A stretch of DNA of 16,245 nt from Candidatus Caldarchaeales archaeon (lineage in GTDB: Archaea; Thermoproteota; Nitrososphaeria_A; Caldarchaeales; Calditenuaceae). A model generated the notes under the pieces. That model was not told where the DNA came from. It ran no database searches and was given only the letters and a program-made list of their open reading frames with translations. Positions 7,730 through 14,458 of the stretch are shown piece by piece. Positions within the stretch are counted from its first letter, which is position 1. Each line of letters starts with the position of its first letter. Both the position numbers and the translations under genes were made by a program. The stretch is from positions 1-16,245 of the forward strand of contig JBCNVM010000017.1 of assembly GCA_039630085.1 (NCBI GenBank), in the 5' to 3' direction.

Positions 7730-8662
7730 CTAGAGCAGCCATCGCTTGACCGAGAGGTCCGCACCGGTATTCCTCGCCCCGGTCACCGAGATCTGGAACT
7801 CCCATCCTTCGAGGTCTCGGGCCAGCCGGAGCGCCACCGAATCAGCCGACGGACGGTCCCTGAAGAACCCGTAGACGGTCGGGCCCCAGCTCGACTGGCC
7901 CACGCCCCTAGCTCCACGCTCCCTTAGGATCCCGATCAGCTCCTCCGAGGCCCTGTGGTACTTTCCTCCCTGGAACTCAGAGAAGACGGAGCCCATCGCC
8001 TCCTGAAGGCGCTCCACGAGCCCAACGAACCTCTCGAAGTCGTGCCCTCTGACCGAGTCGATCACCTCCTTCACGTCGACGGGTTGCTGATGCACCCAAA
8101 GTCCCTCTGCCTGTGCGATCGCCCCCTCCTCCGCCCCGCCGCTCAGCCCCCTCGCCTTCGCCGGCCTCAGCAGAAGCACCGACCACTCCCGAGGGAACTC
8201 GAGGTTGACGTAGTCGTGCGCCCAAGGGTCGCCCTCCCGCCTCCCTAGGTCTACCACGAGCCCTCCCCGCAGAAATCCGGCTATCCCCACCCAGGACCTC
8301 TTCCCGCGGCCACAGAGCCTCGCCAAGCTGAGCGGATCGAACTCAGCGCCCGAGACGGCTGAGAGGGCGGCGCCTACGGAGAGCGTCAGCTGCGTCGTGG
8401 TCCCCAAGCCGACGTGGAGCGGCGGGGCGGAGACCTCAACGTCTAAGGTGCCCAAATCGACCCTGAGCGTCTCTGCGACGGACCTGACGACCTCCTCGTG
8501 CTCATTCGAGCAGAGCAGGCGGCCCTCGCCCGGGCTCTTCGCTCTGACGGTCACCCTCGGCTCCTCAATCATGAGCCCGACACCCGACCAAGCTCTCGGG
8601 CCACGAGAGAGCGACGTGAAGCCCAGATGCAGCCTCGAGCCCGTGGTGACCGTCGCGATCAA
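7730..8662 (-). CDS. Beta-ribofuranosylaminobenzene 5'-phosphate synthase-like protein (GHMP kinase superfamily, MptG-like)
   Basis: SRLHLGF, PLHVGLGTTTQL, GRGKRSWVGIAGFLRGGLVVDLG, FPREW and GVGQSSWGPTVYG are characteristic of the family. The start is likely TTG 8662, which overlaps the upstream TGA and has an AGGTGA SD, not 8761. Confidence 0.88.
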   Translation of the reverse strand: MIATVTTGSRLHLGFTSLSRGPRAWSGVGLMIEEPRVTVRAKSPGEGRLLCSNEHEEVVRSVAETLRVDLGTLDVEVSAPPLHVGLGTTTQLTLSVGAALSAVSGAEFDPLSLARLCGRGKRSWVGIAGFLRGGLVVDLGRREGDPWAHDYVNLEFPREWSVLLLRPAKARGLSGGAEEGAIAQAEGLWVHQQPVDVKEVIDSVRGHDFERFVGLVERLQEAMGSVFSEFQGGKYHRASEELIGILRERGARGVGQSSWGPTVYGFFRDRPSADSVALRLARDLEGWEFQISVTGARNTGADLSVKRWLL

Positions 8663-9675
8663 GGCGCCGTCACCTTCCTCACGAGCTCCTCCCGGCGCCC
8701 GCGCAGAAGCTCGAGGGGGAGGATGGCGTCGCGGGGGTCCGAGCCGAGGAAGACCCTGCACTCCTCGGAGAGCAGATCCACCTCGAGCCTCCCGGAAGCG
8801 ATGACCCTCTCGCCTAGGGACGCGGCCTCCGAGAACCTCGACCTCATCGACTCGACCCGCACCGCCTCGGAGGCCCTTTCCGGGCCCATCAGCACCTCCT
8901 CGGCCTCGATGCCGTATGCGTTTGGGGTTGTCGCACCGAAGCGAGCGTCTGTGACCTCAGCGACGACGACGCACCTCCCCAGTGCCCTCCACCTCCTAGT
9001 CCCGTAGGGTTCCCAGAACTCCTCGGGCCTCGGGACCGCCTTCACCGAGAAGTGGGTTCCCCTGAACTCCCCGACGAGCCTCTTCCTCGACTCGAGCTCG
9101 ATCCAAACCTCGACGGGGATCGCCGAGTCGGCCCTCTTCGAGACCACGTCCCTCGCGACCGAGTCCCGGCCGCTGACGATCGAGCCCTTCCTCCTCAGAC
9201 CCTCTAACGCCTCCGCGACATCCTGGACCCTCGAGGCCGAGAAGACGACTAAGTCGATGTCGGAGTAATCGTCGTGGAGCCCGAGGAGCATCGAGCCCGT
9301 CAGCCTGACGCCGAGCTCGCCGTCGGGGTCGATCAGCCCCATCAGCTGCCTGGCCCTCTCCGACAGCCGATCTGAGGGGGCGACCTGACGTCTCTCCGCC
9401 GGTGCGATGACCCATTCGACCTTTGAGAGGGGCACAGCGGGGATCACCTGTCCAGCCACGTCGTCAAAACGGAGGGCCTCGGGCAGGACCGCCGCCAGAA
9501 GCTCGTACGTCTCGTCTAAGCGCCCGGCTCTAACGTACCGGCCCGGCTCCCTCCTCCACGCGAGGACCGACACCAGCCTGCCCGGAGGATGGGCGACGCC
9601 CTTGACCGCGAGGTAGTGACCGCGGACCGCTGCGTAGAACGACTCGACTGGGACGGGAGGGGCGTTCCCGCTCAT
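8659..9675 (-). CDS. Predicted archaeal nucleotidyltransferase (Pol-beta superfamily, COG1665-like)
   Basis: Carries the LTGSMLLGLHDDYSDIDLVV (GS...DxD) motif, an N-terminal VKGVAHPPGR and an OB-like C-terminus (GERVIASGRLE). Start is ATG 9675 or 9690. Confidence 0.85.
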   Translation of the reverse strand: MSGNAPPVPVESFYAAVRGHYLAVKGVAHPPGRLVSVLAWRREPGRYVRAGRLDETYELLAAVLPEALRFDDVAGQVIPAVPLSKVEWVIAPAERRQVAPSDRLSERARQLMGLIDPDGELGVRLTGSMLLGLHDDYSDIDLVVFSASRVQDVAEALEGLRRKGSIVSGRDSVARDVVSKRADSAIPVEVWIELESRKRLVGEFRGTHFSVKAVPRPEEFWEPYGTRRWRALGRCVVVAEVTDARFGATTPNAYGIEAEEVLMGPERASEAVRVESMRSRFSEAASLGERVIASGRLEVDLLSEECRVFLGSDPRDAILPLELLRGRREELVRKVTAP

Positions 9676-9694
9676 CCTGCTTCCCGGCATCAGC

Positions 9695-9701
9695 TTATTT
9701 A
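9695..9701. promoter_or_regulatory. Putative TATA element between divergent genes
   Basis: TTATTTA lies 27 nt before ATG 9729 and is the only AT-rich patch in the divergent gap. Confidence 0.45.
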
Positions 9702-9728
9702 CCGAGCGATCAACGTTAGCGCCGGCGG

Positions 9729-10985
9729 ATGGCGAAGAGAAGGTCCGTGGAGTTCAGGTTCCCACTGATCGTCATCAGGTCCGAGCGGATGCTGGGCGCC
9801 TTCGACATGCTGGGGAGGACGAGGGCGATGGGGCCGCTCTCGACCCTCGCGCTCGTCGCGATGCCGGTCTTGGCTGGCACCGCGACCTTCTTCCTCCTGG
9901 TCTCCTTGACCGCGATCCTCACGAGGCCTGAGGTCCAGCAGGCCCAGAGGGAGGCAGGCCCCGCCTCGTTCCTCCTGCTGCCGGGCATCAACCCCTACCT
10001 CCCGGTGATCTACGGGTGGCTGGGCATCTTCGTCGCGCTGATGGTCCACGAGGGGGCGCACGGCGTCGTCGCGAGGCGGTACGGGTACACCGTGAGGTCG
10101 ACGGGCCTGATACTCTTCCTCGGGATTCCGATCGGCGCTTTCGTCGAGACCGAGGACGCCGAGATGAAGCGCGGCAGGCTGAGGGAGGTACTGAAGATCC
10201 TCTCCGCTGGTCCGACGTCGAACGCGGTCGTCGCGGTGGCGTCCTTGCTCGCCATGGTCGCGATCGCGGGCTCCGTGACGGTCGCATTGCCCATCGTCGT
10301 CGACTCGGTGATGGAGGGCGGTCCGGCCAGCGCCGCAGGCTTGCGTCCGAACGACCAGATCCTCTCGGTCAACGGCGTCCAAGTCGACGGCCTCAGGCAG
10401 CTCGTCGAGGCATTCGCTTCAGTAGGCGTTGGGGGCAAGGTCGAGCTCGGAGTAATGAGGGAAGGGAAGCTGCTGACCTTCAGCCTGACGCTGACGGACC
10501 TCGGGGGAGGGAGGCCCGGAATAGGGGTGATGATCAGGGATGCGGACTTCCACCTCCTCGCGGCCCAGATCCTCGAGCGGTACAAGTCGATAACCGGCTC
10601 CAACCCGCTCGCCTTCTTCGCGCCGCCGACGTTCAACGTGATCGCTTATCCGTTCTCGGAGAGCGAGGTCTGCCTCGTCGAGAACTCGGTAGAGAGGTGC
10701 AGGACCATCAGCTCCCTCTTCACCCACCCCGTTTTGGGGCGTGGCTTCGCGACGATCGGCAACGCGCTCTACTGGATGTGGTTTGTCAACATCAACGTCG
10801 CGATCTTCAACGCCCTCCCGATATACCCGCTCGACGGAGGCCAGGCCATGAGGAAGCTGCTCTCGACGCTCCTGAGGTCCGGGGAGAGGTCGGGGCTCGT
10901 GGTGACGATCACGACCGCGGTCTCGCTCTTCTTCCTGTCGATGCTCCTCTCGATAATCATCCTGCCCTACGTCCTAGTAGGATAA
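9729..10985 (+). CDS. Site-2 protease family (M50) membrane metalloprotease with PDZ domain
   Basis: HEGAH (HExxH), PIGAFVE, AGPTSN, a PDZ segment (GGPASAAGLRPNDQILSVNG) and FNALPIYPLDGG. Confidence 0.95.
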   Translation: MAKRRSVEFRFPLIVIRSERMLGAFDMLGRTRAMGPLSTLALVAMPVLAGTATFFLLVSLTAILTRPEVQQAQREAGPASFLLLPGINPYLPVIYGWLGIFVALMVHEGAHGVVARRYGYTVRSTGLILFLGIPIGAFVETEDAEMKRGRLREVLKILSAGPTSNAVVAVASLLAMVAIAGSVTVALPIVVDSVMEGGPASAAGLRPNDQILSVNGVQVDGLRQLVEAFASVGVGGKVELGVMREGKLLTFSLTLTDLGGGRPGIGVMIRDADFHLLAAQILERYKSITGSNPLAFFAPPTFNVIAYPFSESEVCLVENSVERCRTISSLFTHPVLGRGFATIGNALYWMWFVNINVAIFNALPIYPLDGGQAMRKLLSTLLRSGERSGLVVTITTAVSLFFLSMLLSIIILPYVLVG

Positions 10986-10992
10986 GGAAAGC

Positions 10993-11736
10993 ATGGGCAA
11001 GGTCGTGGTTAGGACCCCGAAGCTCAGGGGCGCACTAGAGGCCGCCGACCTCTGCATGATGACGGAGCACACGGTCCTCCTGCTCGAGGTCACGGACGAG
11101 GCCGGGATCGCTATTGGCTCCTACCTTCGGTCCGGCGACGAGTCGGTCTTGGAGGACGTAAGTGAGGCCTCGAAGTCGGCGATCAGGTCGCAGCTCGAGT
11201 TCCTGAGGGCGCTCAGGAGGCTCGGGTACCGGGGCGAGGTCGTCGGGGTCTTGCCCGACGAGGCCGCCGAGGCCGACTACGAGCTCGGACTAGAGGCCGC
11301 GAGGCTCGCGCTCAGGTACAGGTTGACCGGGAAGGCGGACCTCCCGGAGTGGCTCGGCCTCATCGACAAGTACGCGACAGCACCGGAGCGCGCACCGAGC
11401 GAAGGCGCCCTCGTCGAACTCACGGAGGGGAGGAGGGGCTGGCTTCTGGTTACGTCGCCCTCTTCGTACTTCGACATCGCACGACGGAGCCGCGTCGCGT
11501 TCGAGGACGTGCGGTACGCCGGGTTTCCGGTCGCTCACGCTCCGCTGGTTCAGATCTTCAGGTTGAGACGGCTCGGCAAGCTGACGCCCGATGAGCTGAG
11601 GAGGCTCGTCTCAGAGCAGGCGGAGTTCGTGGGAGTCGTCGAGGCCTCGCGGAGCGTCGAGGAGGCCCACGAGATCTGGACCGTCAGGAAGCTCGGGAGC
11701 TGGGCTCGCGGCGGACGGCGGCTCCTCACCCGTTAG
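10993..11736 (+). CDS. Hypothetical protein
   Basis: 247 aa soluble ORF with host-like codon usage, starting 7 nt after the protease stop. Its 3' end overlaps the convergent ATPase gene by 11 bp. No motif recognised. Confidence 0.75.
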   Translation: MGKVVVRTPKLRGALEAADLCMMTEHTVLLLEVTDEAGIAIGSYLRSGDESVLEDVSEASKSAIRSQLEFLRALRRLGYRGEVVGVLPDEAAEADYELGLEAARLALRYRLTGKADLPEWLGLIDKYATAPERAPSEGALVELTEGRRGWLLVTSPSSYFDIARRSRVAFEDVRYAGFPVAHAPLVQIFRLRRLGKLTPDELRRLVSEQAEFVGVVEASRSVEEAHEIWTVRKLGSWARGGRRLLTR

Positions 11737-12469
11737 ACCTCCACGGGTGCCCGACGGTGTAGACGTGGAAGCCGTAGACGTTGCAGAGCTCCTCCGAGGA
11801 GATCAGCTCCTCCAGCGAACCGGAGTAAAACCTGTTCCTGTTGACGCAGAGGACCCTCGCGCCCCTGTACCCGATCACCGAGACGTCGTGGGTCACCATG
11901 AGGATCGTCATCCCAAGCTCCGAGTTCAGCCTCCAGACCAGCTCCATCACCCTCGAGATCCCGGTGGGGTCGACGTAGGTGGTCGGCTCGTCGAGCAGGA
12001 GGAGCTCGGGGCCGTTCACGAGGGCCGCGGCTATGACAACCCTCTGGAACTCGCCCCCTGAGAGGCTGAAGAGCGGCTTCCCCAGCAGTCGCGAAGGGTC
12101 CTCGAACCCCACGAGCCTCAGGACGTCCTCCTTCGCCATCGGCCTCCCCTTCCCCGTCGAGACCGCGCTGAGGAGCTCGGCGACGCTGATGGGCATCCTA
12201 GAGAGCGCGCTCGGTGCGTTCTGGGGGACGTACCCCACCCTCCACCACTCCCTGAACTCGCTGACGTTCTTCCCGAAGACCCTCACGATGCCCTTAGACG
12301 GCTTAACGGCGCCGATGAGGACCCTCAGGATCGTCGTCTTGCCGCCGCCGTTCGGTCCGAGGAGGTACGCGACCTCTCCCTCCCGGACCTCGAAGCTCAC
12401 GTTCTCTACGGCATAGGTCCCCATCGTGTAGGAGACGGCTAGGTCCTTGACTTCGACCACCGTCCTCAA
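11726..12469 (-). CDS. Metal (Zn/Mn) ABC transporter ATP-binding protein, ZnuC/TroB-like
   Basis: Walker A GPNGGGKTT, Q-loop VGYVPQ, signature LSGGEFQR, Walker B LLLLDEP and H-loop VTHD. The TTG start overlaps the upstream TGA. Confidence 0.93.
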   Translation of the reverse strand: MRTVVEVKDLAVSYTMGTYAVENVSFEVREGEVAYLLGPNGGGKTTILRVLIGAVKPSKGIVRVFGKNVSEFREWWRVGYVPQNAPSALSRMPISVAELLSAVSTGKGRPMAKEDVLRLVGFEDPSRLLGKPLFSLSGGEFQRVVIAAALVNGPELLLLDEPTTYVDPTGISRVMELVWRLNSELGMTILMVTHDVSVIGYRGARVLCVNRNRFYSGSLEELISSEELCNVYGFHVYTVGHPWRSNG

Positions 12470-13425
12470 GGCCCGAAGCCTTCGAGCAGCGCCTCGAGGT
12501 TCTCCTCCATCACGTGGAGGTACCCGTGGCCCTTCAGTGCGTCCTCGAGGGTCAGCCCCTCCATCGTGTCGAGGAACCGGATCTCCAGGCCCAATTCCTC
12601 CGCGAACTCCTCCACCAGCTCGGAGGCGTGTGCGTGGTCGTGGTGGTGGTGATGGTGGTGGTGATGGTGGTCCCTCGCCGCGGGCTCCGCGTAGATCACC
12701 CTGAGGCCGTGCCTCACGATCTCCTCCTTCAGTTCCATGAGGTGCCTCGCGGTCGGCTCCTCCTCCTCGACGCCCTTCAGGGCGATGTTCCTCAGCCCGA
12801 ACTCTTCGGCAAGATACCTGAACGCTAAGTGTTCGGTCACGAAGGGCTTGCCCCTGTGCCTCTCGAACTTCGGGGCGAACTCCTGGTGGAGCTCCATCAC
12901 CTTCTTCTTCAGCTCTTCAGCCCTCGACTTGACGCGATCCGAGAGGTCAGGGAAGGACCTTATGAGCTCCGACGCGACTACGTCGACCATTGCCGCGTAG
13001 TTCCGCAGGGAGAGCCAGACGTGAGGATCGGGGACGCCGTCCGTCGTGATCACCCTGATCGAGGGATGCGCCGCGACCTCGACGACCCTCGCCTCGGACC
13101 TGGCAGCCCTCACGATGTCGGCGACCCAGCCGTCGAGCGGCTTGATTACGTGGAGCACCAGCACCGCGCGCCTTACCTTCTCGACGTCCTTCGGGGCAGG
13201 CTCCCAGTCGTGGACATGGGCTCCCGGGGGGACTATCACCTGAACCCTGACCGCGCCGTCAGTCAGCCTGTGGACGATCTCGCCCAACAGCCCAATTGAG
13301 ACGGCGACCTCCTTCCCCCTGGGGGACTCGGGCTGTCTCGGAACTGCCGTAAATGTGAGGAAGACTGAGACGGCCGCGACGGCGGCCACGACCGCGGTCA
13401 TCAGAAAGACTCTCCGGGCGTTCAA
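12466..13425 (-). CDS. Metal ABC transporter substrate-binding protein, ZnuA/TroA-like
   Basis: N-terminal hydrophobic anchor; GAHVHDWEP, DPHVWLS, EHLAFRYLAEEFGL, EEEPTA and LDTMEG; His-rich insert. The start is likely TTG 13425, which overlaps the regulator stop and has a GGAGG SD, not 13503. Confidence 0.93.
   Translation of the reverse strand: MNARRVFLMTAVVAAVAAVSVFLTFTAVPRQPESPRGKEVAVSIGLLGEIVHRLTDGAVRVQVIVPPGAHVHDWEPAPKDVEKVRRAVLVLHVIKPLDGWVADIVRAARSEARVVEVAAHPSIRVITTDGVPDPHVWLSLRNYAAMVDVVASELIRSFPDLSDRVKSRAEELKKKVMELHQEFAPKFERHRGKPFVTEHLAFRYLAEEFGLRNIALKGVEEEEPTARHLMELKEEIVRHGLRVIYAEPAARDHHHHHHHHHHDHAHASELVEEFAEELGLEIRFLDTMEGLTLEDALKGHGYLHVMEENLEALLEGFGP
12628..12669 (-). repeat. CAY codon repeat encoding H10-D-H-A-H
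   Basis: Ten consecutive CAC/CAT codons at 12640-12669, followed by GAC CAC GCA CAC. Confidence 0.9.
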
Positions 13426-13859
13426 GGTCCTCCACCCCTGCAGGAGCTGTGATGGATCGGCCGGCCGTGAATGCAGACGCTGGGCCACGAGAGCGCCCTG
13501 CACATCCTTGCGACGAGGACGTCACCGACGGCCGCGTCGATCTTCGCGGCCTCCTCGCAGGCCTCCTCATCGCTGAGGCCTAAGACCGAGACGAAGTACG
13601 TCTCGAGGACCCTGTGGTTGTGGGACATCCTCATCGCCACCTCCCTCCCCTTCTGGCTGAGGGCGTACCTACCCCAGCTCCTCCTCTCCACGAGCCTCTT
13701 CGACTCGAGCTGCCTCAGGGCTTCCGAGACGCTGGCCGGCGTGACGCCGAGGGCCCTCGCCAGCTCCCCAGTCGTGACCTCCCGACCCTGTTCAAGGAAG
13801 TTGTAGATCGTCGCGATGTATCTGTCCTGAGCCCTCGTGAGGGTCTTTGATTTAGGCAT
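13422..13859 (-). CDS. DtxR/MntR family metal-dependent transcriptional regulator
   Basis: wHTH (TTGELARALGVTPASVSEALRQL), HRVLETYFVSVLG, ACEEAAKID and a C-terminal PSVCIHGRPI. No FeoA domain. Confidence 0.93.
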   Translation of the reverse strand: MPKSKTLTRAQDRYIATIYNFLEQGREVTTGELARALGVTPASVSEALRQLESKRLVERRSWGRYALSQKGREVAMRMSHNHRVLETYFVSVLGLSDEEACEEAAKIDAAVGDVLVARMCRALSWPSVCIHGRPIHHSSCRGGGP

Positions 13860-13883
13860 CGTCTAAAGTTAGGATCGTCCTAA
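13851..13883. promoter_or_regulatory. Tandem DtxR/MntR-type operator palindromes
   Basis: TTTAGGCATCGTCTAAA (13851-13867) spans the regulator's ATG. TTAGGA-TCG-TCCTAA (13869-13883) is a perfect inverted repeat. TTAGG...CCTAA is the known DtxR-family box core. Confidence 0.8.
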
Positions 13884-13890
13884 ATTTTAA
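13882..13890 (-). promoter_or_regulatory. TATA box of the metal uptake operon
   Basis: TTAAAATTT on the minus strand lies about 23-31 nt upstream of ATG 13859, abutting the operator. Confidence 0.55.
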
Positions 13891-13966
13891 CCTACTGTCG
13901 CGGCCCGGACGGAATTCCTGAGAAGGTCAACAACGTATATCGCTTAGGACCGAGCTTTCAGCGGCG

Positions 13967-14458
13967 ATGGGCGCCCAGCTTCCTCCTGAGGTCGAGGAGG
14001 TCCTGGAGAACGCCCTCGTCGCGCTGCTGACGACGGTCAACGAGAGGTCCGAGCCCGTCACGCACCCGATGCTCCCGCTCTACGAGAGGGGCTCCGGGAA
14101 AATTTACTTCACGTCCAGCGTTCTCTTCAGCAGGAAGCTCGAGCACATCAAGGGCAACCCGAAGGTCTCCGTCCACTTCTCGGTAGAGGATTTCATGAGG
14201 ACGGGGAAGGTGAGGGCAGTGACGGTTAAGGGCAGAGCGAGGATAGACGAATCCAACCTGAGCGAGGGGTGGATGAGGCTGCTGCCGCTCTGGAGGAGGA
14301 AGGAGCCCTACATAGACGCCTACCTCAAGCAGAGGTTCGCCTTCCCGCTCTTCTGGGAGAGGGCCGTGATCGAGGTGATCCCGGAGGAGGTCATCGTCTG
14401 GAAGGGCGACCCCATGTCCACGAGGCCCGAGGTCCACAGGGTCGGAGGTGAGTCCTGA
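13967..14458 (+). CDS. Pyridoxamine 5'-phosphate oxidase-like (FMN/F420 split-barrel) protein
   Basis: ALLTTVNERSEPVTHPM, IYFTSS...RKLEHIKGNPKVSV, VTVKGRARI and RAVIEVIPEEVIVW fit the split-barrel pattern. A TATA-like GTATAT lies at 13935-13940. Confidence 0.85.
   Translation: MGAQLPPEVEEVLENALVALLTTVNERSEPVTHPMLPLYERGSGKIYFTSSVLFSRKLEHIKGNPKVSVHFSVEDFMRTGKVRAVTVKGRARIDESNLSEGWMRLLPLWRRKEPYIDAYLKQRFAFPLFWERAVIEVIPEEVIVWKGDPMSTRPEVHRVGGES

Noticed and set aside
13944-13958. TTAGGAC half-site downstream of the TATA of the PNPOx-like gene, as a third DtxR box
   Set aside because: The right half (GCTTT) does not match CCTAA, so it is too weak to claim co-regulation.
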